DNA from: Polyangia bacterium
GTDB taxonomy: Bacteria > Myxococcota_A > Polyangia > JAAYKL01
DNA: 64,000 nt
Direction of reading: 5' to 3'
Assembly (NCBI GenBank): GCA_050287845.1
Contig: JBNKCR010000020.1
Coordinates: 1-64,000 of the forward strand
The notes below the pieces were generated by a model that searched no databases, was not told the DNA's origin, and saw only the letters and a program-made list of their open reading frames with translations. This document shows positions 1-10,147 of this stretch, piece after piece. Numbering within the stretch: the stretch's first letter is position 1; each line of letters opens with the position of its first letter. The translations under genes were made by a program, and so were the position numbers.

Positions 1-1
1 G

Positions 2-514
2 GAAAAAGTATCTCACTGGAAGGGATTTTCTTCCTACAACCAGCTCGCCCACGGAAAGGACGAAGTGTTCCACTGGTTCGACCGCACCCAGTGGCACCGG
101 GACGGCAAAAAGAAGGATTTGCAGGCTTATATGAAGTCCGGTCGTCTGGTGTATACCCCGCTGCCATCGCTGGCGCACATGAAACCGGGGAAGCGGGAAA
201 GCTACATCCGAAGGGAAGTGCGCGAACTGGAAAAAGCATTCAAGGCAGAACGGGAGGAAAGCGCGCAAAACGTGATGACTGCGGCAGCGCTCGAAAAACT
301 GAACCCCCGCGACCGACCGAAAACCCGCCCCCCGAGAACCCCCAAACCCCTCTGCCATTGCAGCTGTCCCGCCCTGGCGGAAATGTACAGAACGCTGCTG
401 TTCTATTTTCTGGAAGCCTACGGGCGCGCTTCGGCATTGTACCGCAAGGGAAATCACACCGTTGTGTTTCCATCCGGGTCATACAAACCGCCCCTCATCG
501 TGATGAATACGTAA
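2..514 (+). mobile_element. 3' part of a probable REP-associated tyrosine transposase (RAYT/Y1 HUH-like), 5'-truncated by the window edge
   Basis: Frame is open from base 2 (EKVSHWKGFSSY..., resembling the 'V..W.wSS' motif that follows the RAYT catalytic region). The C-terminus 'AYGRASALYRKG...VFPSGSY' resembles myxobacterial RAYT-like transposases. HUH and catalytic Tyr motifs would lie upstream and are not visible. Confidence 0.55.
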
Positions 515-688
515 ATCCACGCAGTACTTTCCAACCGACCGGTCGTCCCTCCGAAGAACACTTACTTCGCGGGCACGGGTGCATCCCAAATTGGCGAATC
601 GCAAATACCTGAGTGGTTAAATCGGGTGTCCGGGTACCGAACGATGACATCTCTGTGCGCAACTATTGATTGAGCTGTCAGAGTGCTC

Positions 689-708
689 CTCAAAAAACAA
701 TTTTTGAG
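689..708. other. Small hairpin CTCAAAAA-acaa-TTTTTGAG
   Basis: Perfect 8-bp inverted repeat abutting the tandem repeat. Confidence 0.5.
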
Positions 709-796
709 CCTCACGAGACGCAGACGAATAATCACTCTCAGCGTTTGGGGGGGCCTCACGAGACGCAGACGAATAATCACTCTCAGCGTTTGGGGG
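708..796. repeat. 45-bp tandem direct repeat, two copies, plus a partial third (tctcagcgtt at 799-808)
   Basis: gcctcacgagacgcagacgaataatcactctcagcgtttggggg(g) at 708-752 and 753-796. Confidence 0.95.
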
Positions 797-1171
797 TTTC
801 TCAGCGTTATTGGGGCAATTGGGCGACGTCTTCACGATGAGGGCGGAACGCTGTGACTGCACTGCTGCGGATGTGAGGTACCCCGGTAACGTATGGCCTG
901 GTAAAACCCTCTCTGATACCAACCGTGATGAACTTTCCTGCCTGTTTGCAGGCATGATGCTGTTCACCGGATAAGAAAAGGCTGAGTTGGGAAAAGGCTT
1001 GATGAAGTGCCTGTTTTGAGGGAGGATTGGAGGAGGCCATGACGGGATATCAGTGAAGTTTCGGCGGCGGGAGACGGGATACCGTGATGGGGGAGGATTT
1101 TTGCAGAAGCCAGGAAAATGGGGAGTTGAATCAACTGCTTACATCCGAATGGAAAATTTCAACTGATATAA

Positions 1172-1195
1172 AATTTCGCAGCTGTCTGCGAAATT
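1172..1195. promoter_or_regulatory. Perfect 10-bp inverted repeat (operator or hairpin)
   Basis: AATTTCGCAG-ctgt-CTGCGAAATT in non-coding DNA. Confidence 0.45.
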
Positions 1196-1574
1196 GAGCT
1201 TCTACCATTCTGGCGTTCTGTTGGAAGTCAACTCTCCCACAGACCGCAGGCCGGTTGGAATGATTATTTTATCGTATTGCGATTTGTTATGCCTGCCTCC
1301 GGTTTGTCATCGGGTAGCATTGGCTGGCATCGGCCGTTGTACGACATACCTGAGGCGCTGGGTACAAACACGATTCGCCCCCCTGAAAACAGGCCGAGAT
1401 GATTGAACAGGAAAATTCATTCGCAGTTTTGAAATCACCGGGATGTACCCGGAATATTCCACGGCGGTTCTGTAGTGAACAAATTTTCAGTTCACCGTTG
1501 ACCCGTCTGGCGGCGTCTGAAATATTCAGACATTGAAAGTGCGGTGTTCGGGTATGACTGATTTAGTTCTGATA

Positions 1575-3122
1575 ATGTTGAACGGGAGCATTAAAAGATT
1601 CTTTGGCTGCTGGCTGGTTGCCTTGCTGTGTGTGGGGGGCGTACGCAGCGTAATGGCGGCGGAGATTGAGGCGGATTGGCATGCGTTTGTGCAGAATGAT
1701 ATGCGGGGTGCCAATAACGATAACGACGAACCCGGGATGTATCGGAATGAATCGACAGCCGGGGTGTCCCTGAAAATGACACTGGTGCCATATCGCCTTC
1801 GTTTTGTCGGAGATGTGTCTCTTGTGTGGACCGGCTTTTCAAAAGACAAGTCGTTTTCCGGTTTGACCGATATGCGCGAGGTTTCGCCGTATTATATTAG
1901 AAGTGATGCTGCATATATTGAGAGTTTCAGGCTGATTCCCTATGTGGATCTTCGCATCGGGCGTCAGATTGTGCAGTGGGGCGCCGCGGATCAGTTCAAT
2001 CCCACCAACAACCTGAATGCGCTGGATTTAGGAGATCCACTCCAGTTTGGCCGCACCATCGCCAATCAGATGATTCGCGTGGATTTTAATCCCGGTGATT
2101 CTGATTTTACCCTGACTGCGGTTTGGGTGCCGGTGTTTCAACCGGCCAGATTACCGGGTTCGGCATTGCTTCAGATTGGCGATGTGTCATCGGAGCTGCC
2201 ATTTGTATCTCCGGAGACCAGGCTGGCCGCCGAACGGTTGCGAAATATTTACCTGACCAATCCAACCAGTTACGATGTGGAGCCGCCGGAAGTGAATGCG
2301 AGAATGCCTGAAACCACGTTGAAGAATTCCCAGGTGGGGGTGCGCGCCCAGTGGCTGATTGGCAATGTGGATGCGTCGCTGTCCTGGTATTACGGCCGGG
2401 ATTCGGTGCCGGTATCGAAGCGAAGCATCTCCTCCCAGACGCCATCGGAGAGGGTATCGGCTGCGGGAACACCGGTGATGCGGGTGTTAACCGACGTGGA
2501 TCTGGTGTACCCCCGCAAGCAGGTGCTGGGGTTCGATTTGGCGGGTGAACTGCCGTTTCTGGACCATGCGGGATTCTGGTTGGAAGGCGCGGCAACTTTT
2601 CCCCGAGCGGTGACCATGGCGTTTGATATTACCCGCATCGTACCTTCTGCCACCGTGCTCAGAGATGATGTGGTGACCGATTCCCCGTTCTTCAAGGGGA
2701 CTGTGGGGATGGACTATTCCATTGGGGAGCACGTGTACCTGATGGGGCAGTTCATTCATGGCATGCCCGACGAGTTTGGTCTGGAAGCCATTCGCAACTA
2801 TTGCATGGGGATGATCGATGTGAAATTGCTTCAGGAGCGTCTGGTGATTCGTCAGGTGGTGCTGGGCGAAATTCCCCATGATGACGATGATATCAATCTG
2901 GACGATGATGGCGATGGCCGGGTGGAGTCCCTTGCCCGGGGCGCCACCAATGATGGCCGAATCGGATCTCTGGTGTATTTTCCACAGGTTATTGTGAAAC
3001 CCCTTGACGGACTGGAGCTGACCGCGGGTGCGTATTTGCGCTTTGGCCATCGGGAATCCAAATTCGCCACCGAGGCTGCCGGGCCTTCTCAGATTATTTT
3101 CAGCGCCAGGGCATCATTCTGA
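1575..3122 (+). CDS. Secreted, probable outer-membrane beta-barrel protein (DUF1302-like)
   Basis: Signal peptide ending VMA-A, 'LRIGRQIVQWG..D..NPT' motif, amphipathic strands, C-terminal Phe. Confidence 0.65.
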   Translation: MLNGSIKRFFGCWLVALLCVGGVRSVMAAEIEADWHAFVQNDMRGANNDNDEPGMYRNESTAGVSLKMTLVPYRLRFVGDVSLVWTGFSKDKSFSGLTDMREVSPYYIRSDAAYIESFRLIPYVDLRIGRQIVQWGAADQFNPTNNLNALDLGDPLQFGRTIANQMIRVDFNPGDSDFTLTAVWVPVFQPARLPGSALLQIGDVSSELPFVSPETRLAAERLRNIYLTNPTSYDVEPPEVNARMPETTLKNSQVGVRAQWLIGNVDASLSWYYGRDSVPVSKRSISSQTPSERVSAAGTPVMRVLTDVDLVYPRKQVLGFDLAGELPFLDHAGFWLEGAATFPRAVTMAFDITRIVPSATVLRDDVVTDSPFFKGTVGMDYSIGEHVYLMGQFIHGMPDEFGLEAIRNYCMGMIDVKLLQERLVIRQVVLGEIPHDDDDINLDDDGDGRVESLARGATNDGRIGSLVYFPQVIVKPLDGLELTAGAYLRFGHRESKFATEAAGPSQIIFSARASF

Positions 3123-3150
3123 ACGCCGCCACAGGAGATGGCTTTCGATA

Positions 3151-3720
3151 TTATTTCTTTTCGGACTGGACATTGATGTTGAGGATGGTAGTGGGGTTTT
3201 CCGGCTGTTTTTCCCTGTTGCCGGCGATACTGATGGCCAGATTCCGACTATCCTTTTCGTAGGCCATGATTCGTGCGTTTCCCATGTTCATGTCGGATTT
3301 TTTTTTCCAGCCGTTTGATTCGGCGTCTTTTATCATCCGCTCCGCAAGCGGCCCCGGTTCGATGCTGGATTCGGCCATCACACTGAAGTTGTTTTCGGCT
3401 TCAAGGGCCATTTTCACTTTGATGTTGTCGGGGATAATCACATCAGAGGGAAAGCTTTCGGGAATTTTCACATCTTCACCGGCGCCATACGTCATCTTGC
3501 CCTTGTCGGTTTTCACTTCCACTTTCCCCGAAGACAGGTCCACCTCGGCGTTGCCGTTTTTGCCTTCCCCTTCGAGTGCGCTTTCAATCACTTCTTCCGC
3601 CACTTTTTCGGACACTTTTTCAGATACCTTCCCGGAAATGAAGTCTCCCACCAAGTCGCATCCGGCAGCAGGTATCACCAACGGGAATATCAGCAGAAAT
3701 CTGAATGCATGCTTTTTCAT
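3151..3720 (-). CDS. Hypothetical lipoprotein
   Basis: MKK + hydrophobic stretch + AAGC lipobox; AAGGAG RBS. Confidence 0.75.
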   Translation of the reverse strand: MKKHAFRFLLIFPLVIPAAGCDLVGDFISGKVSEKVSEKVAEEVIESALEGEGKNGNAEVDLSSGKVEVKTDKGKMTYGAGEDVKIPESFPSDVIIPDNIKVKMALEAENNFSVMAESSIEPGPLAERMIKDAESNGWKKKSDMNMGNARIMAYEKDSRNLAISIAGNREKQPENPTTILNINVQSEKK

Positions 3721-3903
3721 TTTGTCTCCTTTTTAAATGCGGGGCACTCAGTTGCACCGCTGACTGAGTACGGTTTTCCCATTCGGGTTTTGTATTTTAT
3801 GAATTGATTAAATGTAGCGGCGTTTCACATTTTTGCAACCAGACCTCATCCCGGACGTTTGAGGATGTGTCTTTTTAATTGAACACAGTGATATGGAGAA
3901 GTT

Positions 3904-4542
3904 ATGGGGATGACCAAAATTTCGGACAGGATTCGTGTACCCTTTGCCGGCGATGATGCGGCGTTGACGGCGGCGCTTCAGGCGGGGCAGCGAAGCGCAC
4001 AGGAAGCGTTGTATTATCGGTATGCCACGCATGTACGCAATGTGCTGGTGCGCGTGCTCGGTACAAATGTGGATTTGAAAGATCATCTGCACAACACGTT
4101 TATTCAGATTTTTACGGGCATTGAGAGTGTACGCAACGGTACCTGCCTGAAACAGTGGCTGACCCGTGTTGCAGTATTCACGGCCATTGCCCATATCAAA
4201 CATTCACAACGAAAGCGTTGGTTGACATTCATGGCGCCGGAGGAGATGCCGCCACAGGAATATCATTGCGCGGATGATGAACAGCGGGAGGCGGTGTATC
4301 AGGTGTACGGCATTTTAAAAAAAATGACTGCGGAAGACCGGGCGATTTTCTGTCTGCGTGTTATTGAAGGGATGCAGCTCAGAGAGATGGCGGATGTGTT
4401 CGATGTGTCCGTCGCCACCATTAAACGGCGAATCATGCACGCGCAGGAGCGATTTGCATTTCATCTCAGGTTCAATCCCGCCCTGGAAGAATGGATTCGC
4501 AACGAATCAACCGGTCGATTCCGACAGCGGGAAGCGGGGTAG
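3904..4542 (+). CDS. ECF-type RNA polymerase sigma-70 factor
   Basis: Region 2 (DHLHNTFIQIF...KQWLTRVA) and region 4 HTH (EGMQLREMADVFDVSVATIKRR). Confidence 0.85.
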   Translation: MGMTKISDRIRVPFAGDDAALTAALQAGQRSAQEALYYRYATHVRNVLVRVLGTNVDLKDHLHNTFIQIFTGIESVRNGTCLKQWLTRVAVFTAIAHIKHSQRKRWLTFMAPEEMPPQEYHCADDEQREAVYQVYGILKKMTAEDRAIFCLRVIEGMQLREMADVFDVSVATIKRRIMHAQERFAFHLRFNPALEEWIRNESTGRFRQREAG

Positions 4543-4558
4543 GGATGACGCCTGAGGT

Positions 4559-5455
4559 CTAATATCGCAGTCCGGCGCTGGCGCCTACAAACGGACGGTA
4601 CTGAATATCGTATTCATCGGGGTCAATGGGTTGTCTGGACAGGAAGACATTTTTAAAATGAACGGGGAACGCGACTGTGGCGCAGAGCTGGATCGCCAGA
4701 CGCTGACGATGGTGATAAATGTAACTGACCTGCAGTGGCAACATCACGTAGCTCTTCACCCGGGCCGCATAAATTCCCGAGCCGCTGAATTCGTTGCTGT
4801 AGCTGTCAATGGGGTTTTTGAATCTCAGGTACCCTACACTGATGCCAGTTCCCAATCGGAATTCCTGTCTGGCGGAAAGCCAGAACGGCATCCCTGCCAA
4901 TGTGGAACCAAAAAAATGGACTGTTCGTTTCCATGCGCCGCCGGTGAACTGAGCAATATCCAGGTAGAAATTTTTCCAGCGGAGCGTTGCCACACTCAGG
5001 GTGAGGGAGGCGCCGTATGTACTGATTCCGGCGCGTATGCCAACCCACTCTGTTTCGGTTCTCCAGAAATGTGGATGCAATTTCCGGTCACGGTGACTTT
5101 TTGATGCATATGGTCCGACAAGTTGCGCTGCACCGTCGATGAGCGGTTGATTGTGGCGCTGGAGAGAAGGCGACTGCGTGCGCCCTCGCCACTCAATGGT
5201 CATTTCCGAATGGGACTTCGGCTGCGTCCTGTGCAGCGCTGGAGGGGGCGGCGCGATTTCGTCGGTGTGGACCTGGATCTTCCCGGATTGGTTCGAATAT
5301 TCTGCCTGTGGGGATGTGCCCCCTGCTGCGTCCGATTCGGACACCGAATCCACCTGGGCTTTCGTATCGGCTTCCTGGTCGCCGGAGGGGCGAGTGTCCG
5401 CAAATACCGGCTGCACCCATATCAGCACAATCATGATGAATAAATATTTTTGCAT
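4559..5455 (-). CDS. Secreted hypothetical protein, possible beta-barrel C-terminal domain
   Basis: Signal peptide ending VFA-D, disordered N-terminus, aromatic amphipathic strands ending GLRY; GGAGG RBS. Confidence 0.6.
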   Translation of the reverse strand: MQKYLFIMIVLIWVQPVFADTRPSGDQEADTKAQVDSVSESDAAGGTSPQAEYSNQSGKIQVHTDEIAPPPPALHRTQPKSHSEMTIEWRGRTQSPSLQRHNQPLIDGAAQLVGPYASKSHRDRKLHPHFWRTETEWVGIRAGISTYGASLTLSVATLRWKNFYLDIAQFTGGAWKRTVHFFGSTLAGMPFWLSARQEFRLGTGISVGYLRFKNPIDSYSNEFSGSGIYAARVKSYVMLPLQVSYIYHHRQRLAIQLCATVAFPVHFKNVFLSRQPIDPDEYDIQYRPFVGASAGLRY

Positions 5456-5466
5456 ATGGCCTCCCG

Positions 5467-6141
5467 TCACATTCCGGAGGCAATCAGTGATGCCATCTGC
5501 AACAGTTCCAGTCTCGAAATATCACCGGGTTCGGTGTATGCCCCTTTCGCGCCCAGATTGTGTTTGGCGACCACTTTTTTAAAGCCGATTTCATTGCCCT
5601 TGAATGCCAGACTTGAAATCACACGCAGCGTTTCGAGTTCAACCACCTGAGCGGAAAATCCGTAAAAGTCAAAACGGCGAACCACCAGCAGATGGTCGAT
5701 GCCACTTTGAATGAGCACTTTTTTGATTCTCTCCAGCTGTTTCAATCGAAGGAGGGCGTCGGAAACTTCGGTTCGCTGCAGGATTTCGGTGCGTACATCC
5801 CGTGCATCCCCGGTGATTTTTCCGCCGGCGGCCACCCCCTCGGTGACAGATTTACCAAAGGAGTACGCCCCTTCGGGATAAAGAATCTCTGTCAGATCAT
5901 CCCCCAGCAGATAGTTCACATTGAACACCGTGACGGTGTGTCCTTTCTGAGAAAGAGCGGCGGTCAGGTAGTCGTTGAGCAGTGACGGTGATTCCGTTGA
6001 AATGTCGTCCTGCACCACAATAGCGATGCGGGCACCTTTTTGGACCCGGGCCTGTTTGGCGGTGATGTAGGTGTATTTGCTGCATGAAATCAGCGCAAAA
6101 GCAAATAAGATTAGCAAAAACAGGGAATGTTTCAGTTTCAT
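5467..6141 (-). CDS. Hypothetical lipoprotein
   Basis: LISC lipobox; GGAGGAG RBS. Confidence 0.75.
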   Translation of the reverse strand: MKLKHSLFLLILFAFALISCSKYTYITAKQARVQKGARIAIVVQDDISTESPSLLNDYLTAALSQKGHTVTVFNVNYLLGDDLTEILYPEGAYSFGKSVTEGVAAGGKITGDARDVRTEILQRTEVSDALLRLKQLERIKKVLIQSGIDHLLVVRRFDFYGFSAQVVELETLRVISSLAFKGNEIGFKKVVAKHNLGAKGAYTEPGDISRLELLQMASLIASGM

Positions 6142-6307
6142 GGGTTACTCCTCCGGGTCACGGGTTGGCGGCAGATTCCGTGATCTGCCCGAATTCACCG
6201 TTGCTCTGCGATATTTGTAAATGCACTGGGATAATTTTAGTATGATTTCACCGGGTTGTACAGCAGATACCCGGAAATGGATGGGGAAATCGGGATGTTC
6301 GGGACGG

Positions 6308-8359
6308 TTACACGATGTATTCTGAAGCCAGTTTTTCAAATTCCGATTTGGTCATGTTCAGTTCTTCAACGGCCTTGAGCAGCTCGGAGACATTCTGATT
6401 GCCTTCCTGCGAATTTTCCAGCACATGCTCCACCGCATAGGAAATCTGAGAAATGGCGCTGCTCTGTTCTCCAACGGTTCGCGAAATCTGATCGGCGCGC
6501 TGATTGTTGGAATCCAGTACATCCGTGAGAGACTGCAGAACCTTTTCCATACGCAGCAGCGATGTCTGACCCTCGTGAACCGAGGATTGGCTCTCTTCAG
6601 TCAATCGGATGGCCTTTCCGGCAGTATCGGCGATCTGCTGCAGAAAACTGCGGATATTCTGGGTGGATTTGGCGCTCTGAATGGCAAGTTCCTGCACCTC
6701 TGTGGCCACTATCGCAAACCCTTTGCCTGCCTCCCCCGCTTCTGCCGCTTCGATACTGGCGTTGATGGCCAGCATCTGGGAGTTGTCGGCAATCTGCTCC
6801 AGCGATTTGACCACCCGCTCAATCTGATTGGAGAGATTAGACAGTGATGTCAGTTGCACCCGGGCCGCTTCCGCCGTTTTCATGATGGTTCCCATCGTCT
6901 CGCGGGTATGGGTGACCGACTCCCGTCCTTCATGACCTTTTCTGACCGCCTGCTCACTTACCGTGAACACATCCCTGGCGAGCTGCCTGGTCCGTTTGAA
7001 TGTGCTGTTCAGGGACGCAATGGTCTGAGAGACCTGCTCCACGATTGCGGACTGATTCGATGCGCTGGCGTTGGAGTGGTCCGCAGATTTTTGCACCACA
7101 TCCGCCTGTCTGGAGAGGTTGTGTGCGTTAGATACCAGTTTCGCCACCAGGGCGCGAATGGAAAGTCCGGCGTCCCGGAGTGCATCGATTAACGTTTTGA
7201 TTTCGCTGGAATTGCCGCTGAAACGCAGGTACCATTTCTGGTTTTCTGATTCCAGTGTGTCGAACTCCGTGAGCACGCGCAGGTCTTTATCGGCAATTCT
7301 GGAAGATACCGCACTGAGTCTCAGGATAGGGCGGGTGATTGCCCTGACAAACAGGTATGCCACCGGGAACCCCAGAAGCAGCAGGATGATCAGGGCGGTG
7401 GCCAGCCGTTTCTGGACGCGCACCAGCGGTCTGTAGAGTTCATCCCGATACACACCACCGGCGACGATGATGTTCATTGCCGGGTAGTGGTGAAAGACGA
7501 CATCCTTGACCCTGGCGACTTTTTCTCCCGGATTTTTCCACGGGTATGAGATGGACCCATTTTTCATGCGACACATTTCCCTGATGAAATAGCGGCCATT
7601 GGCATCTTTCGAATCGTAGATGGTTTTGCCTTCCAGAACCGGATGGATAAGCAATTTTCCCCTGGTGTCCATTACGAAGACATATCCGGATTCGCCGAAT
7701 TTGAGCTGCAGAATATCTTTGCGAAAATGTCTGATATCAATTAACGACAGGAGTTCCTCGCGATAGGCACTTGCCGAAATGATATAGTCCCAGGGCTTGA
7801 AATAGCTCATGGATAGGGATTTTTCCCGGGCAGCCTTTTCGTCCGGGTTCTTCCAGTCATATTCGAGGTACCCGCTTTTCCGCTTTATCTGTTCCTGCAC
7901 AAATGCGTAACCGGAGATGTTTTTGTTCACGAGCTCTTTTTTGGGATGAACCTTCAAAGTACCCGTTGAATCGACCACAAATATATATCCGGTATCACCG
8001 ATTTTCTGAGATAGCAGGACATCTGCAGCCCGCTTTTTGGCCTCTTCCTCGGTCAGCCGCCCGGCTTTGAATTCCGAATAGAACCATTTCACGATTTCCC
8101 GATTGCGGAGCACGGTTCCCTGCAGCTGGCTCTGAACGGTGTGGGAAACCGTCTGATCAAACATTTGTCTGGCACTCAGTACCGCCTGGTTAATACGGGC
8201 CCGGGCCTGCTCTTCAAGGAATGTACTCATGAAAAGATACAGTGTGACTCCCACGGCCAGCAGGACAATCGCAAGGAGTAACGAAAAACCGGACAGCATT
8301 TTTACTGAAAGGCTGAGACGTCGGCTGAACAATTTGCGGACAGTTGGTTTCATATTCAT
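6308..8359 (-). CDS. Methyl-accepting chemotaxis protein with two Cache-type sensor domains and HAMP
   Basis: Two TM helices, two 'GY.F..D..G.L..HP' Cache motifs, signalling hairpin LAINASIEAAEAGEAGKGFAIVATEV. Confidence 0.92.
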   Translation of the reverse strand: MNMKPTVRKLFSRRLSLSVKMLSGFSLLLAIVLLAVGVTLYLFMSTFLEEQARARINQAVLSARQMFDQTVSHTVQSQLQGTVLRNREIVKWFYSEFKAGRLTEEEAKKRAADVLLSQKIGDTGYIFVVDSTGTLKVHPKKELVNKNISGYAFVQEQIKRKSGYLEYDWKNPDEKAAREKSLSMSYFKPWDYIISASAYREELLSLIDIRHFRKDILQLKFGESGYVFVMDTRGKLLIHPVLEGKTIYDSKDANGRYFIREMCRMKNGSISYPWKNPGEKVARVKDVVFHHYPAMNIIVAGGVYRDELYRPLVRVQKRLATALIILLLLGFPVAYLFVRAITRPILRLSAVSSRIADKDLRVLTEFDTLESENQKWYLRFSGNSSEIKTLIDALRDAGLSIRALVAKLVSNAHNLSRQADVVQKSADHSNASASNQSAIVEQVSQTIASLNSTFKRTRQLARDVFTVSEQAVRKGHEGRESVTHTRETMGTIMKTAEAARVQLTSLSNLSNQIERVVKSLEQIADNSQMLAINASIEAAEAGEAGKGFAIVATEVQELAIQSAKSTQNIRSFLQQIADTAGKAIRLTEESQSSVHEGQTSLLRMEKVLQSLTDVLDSNNQRADQISRTVGEQSSAISQISYAVEHVLENSQEGNQNVSELLKAVEELNMTKSEFEKLASEYIV

Positions 8360-8518
8360 GTTTCTGCCATATCTGTTCAGAGGTGGAACAGCCAGATAAA
8401 TATAAGATACAAGTGAATGTCATTCAAAAGGACGACGCCATTTTTCAGGAATGGGGCTGGCAGCTTGCGATAATCGGTTCCCTGAGCGGACTGCGCCCCG
8501 AATTGGCAGGTGAGTCGG

Positions 8519-8935
8519 TCAGGCAACGGTGAGTTTTATTTTTCTGGGTTTCAGCGCTTCCACTTTCGGCAGAGAAATTTCAAGCATGCCGTTTTTGTAG
8601 GATGCACTGATTTTGTCGGCTTCGATGGGGGTTGAAAATTTCATGGATCGGCTGAATTTTCCGCCTGCAATCTCTCTGCGGTGCCAGGTGTCGGATTGGT
8701 TCTCAATGATCTTTCGTTCTGCTGAAAGGGATAGAACATTGTCGGCGAACTCGATGCTGATGTCTTTCTCGTCCACTCCGGGGAGTTCGGCGGTCACGAC
8801 GAAATGATCGCCGGATTCGGTGACATCCATAGAAGGTCGAAGTTCACCGCTGTGGTTGTCTCGGGAATCGAAAAGATTGTTAAAAGTATTGAATTCATTA
8901 AATAAAGTTGGAATATTGGTTTTCACTGCAAACAT
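8519..8935 (-). CDS. Hsp20/alpha-crystallin small heat-shock protein
   Basis: AELPGV, ASYKNGMLEISLPK and C-terminal IKL motifs; GGAGG RBS before ATG 8935. Confidence 0.93.
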   Translation of the reverse strand: MFAVKTNIPTLFNEFNTFNNLFDSRDNHSGELRPSMDVTESGDHFVVTAELPGVDEKDISIEFADNVLSLSAERKIIENQSDTWHRREIAGGKFSRSMKFSTPIEADKISASYKNGMLEISLPKVEALKPRKIKLTVA

Positions 8936-9127
8936 GATGTCCTCCTGCCGGTTGGCAACTGCCGGTTTTTCTGTCGCACCGCAATGTGAGCACGTGTGCG
9001 GCTCGGTCAAGGGTCAGCGTTTGCCGGACGGGGGAATCCCGATGGATTGCCCATTAATAAATGTCTGACGGAGTCGTTATCCTGTGTGGTCTATCATTTA
9101 TTGACTGCAGGAAATCCGGGAGGTGTC

Positions 9128-10147
9128 ATGGTCAGGTTTTTCATCTCATTGATTGCCGTATTCACCCTATTCTTCAGCCTGTCCGCGTTTTGCGGACCGC
9201 AATCCGATTCGGATGCGCAGATGCAGAAGGAAAAGGCAAGCGAGTCATTCACCCGCGGATTGAATTTTTATGACAAAGGCCAGTTCGCGCAGGCGGCTGA
9301 GGCGTTCCGGGAAGCGAACGGGTATCTGTACAATTGGAAAATCCTTTATAATATCGGGCAATCCGAAGCTGCGGCCCGAAGATATGGGATGGCTCTCGAA
9401 GCCTTTGAGGAATACCTTGCCAGAAGTGGTGACGAAATATCGCTGGAGCGTCGGGATGAAGTGATGGCTGAGGTGAGACGACTCAGACAGATTGTGGGGA
9501 TGCTCGAAATTCGGGCCCCCATGGGTGCCAGGGTTCAGGTGGATTCGGTGGATAGGGGTACCGCACCGCTGACGGGACCGGTTCTTGTTGTGTCGGGAGT
9601 GGTGCATGATGTTCGCATCATTCTGGAAGGGGTTGTTCTGTTTCAACAGCAGATGAAACTCACCGGGGGGCAGGAAAAAATGATCGATGTCACCGAAGGC
9701 AATGCCCCTTCCGGGACGTCCGCGGACACGGTGGCGTCGTCGCCCGAAGTCGCCACGTCGCCGGGAGGTGCGGACACCGGGAATGGTGGGGATAGCGGTG
9801 TCGGGAAGGGCGGTGGATTGAAGTTGGCGGGGTGGATTGCCGTTGGCGCGGGAGCAGCGCTGGCCGCTGGGGGGCTCGTTATCGGTGCGGTCGGTTTCTC
9901 GAAGGCGAGTGCCCTGGAAGACAGGTATGACGGTCCGATTCCCGGAACCGAACAGGGCGAGGTGGATCGGTTGAACAACATGGCGCTGGTTTCCGATATT
10001 CTGATGGGGGCCGGCGTGGTGGTGGCGGCGACCGGAATTGTTCTGCTCGCAGTGCAGCGGCACAGGAACAGAAAAATGGAGAAGATGACGATGATGCCCA
10101 CTGTTGCACCGGGATTCTCCGGCATGGTTTTTCAGGGGAGGTTTTAA
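9128..10147 (+). CDS. Secreted TPR + PEGA-like domain protein with C-terminal membrane segments (myxobacterial type)
   Basis: Signal peptide, TPR (LYNIGQ..A...FEEYL), 'GARVQVD...GTAPL' PEGA-like motif, hydrophobic C-terminus ending QGRF. Confidence 0.8.
   Translation: MVRFFISLIAVFTLFFSLSAFCGPQSDSDAQMQKEKASESFTRGLNFYDKGQFAQAAEAFREANGYLYNWKILYNIGQSEAAARRYGMALEAFEEYLARSGDEISLERRDEVMAEVRRLRQIVGMLEIRAPMGARVQVDSVDRGTAPLTGPVLVVSGVVHDVRIILEGVVLFQQQMKLTGGQEKMIDVTEGNAPSGTSADTVASSPEVATSPGGADTGNGGDSGVGKGGGLKLAGWIAVGAGAALAAGGLVIGAVGFSKASALEDRYDGPIPGTEQGEVDRLNNMALVSDILMGAGVVVAATGIVLLAVQRHRNRKMEKMTMMPTVAPGFSGMVFQGRF

Noticed and set aside
708..810. 45-bp repeats as a CRISPR array
   Set aside because: The copies are directly adjacent with no spacers, there are only two full units, and no cas genes are in the window.
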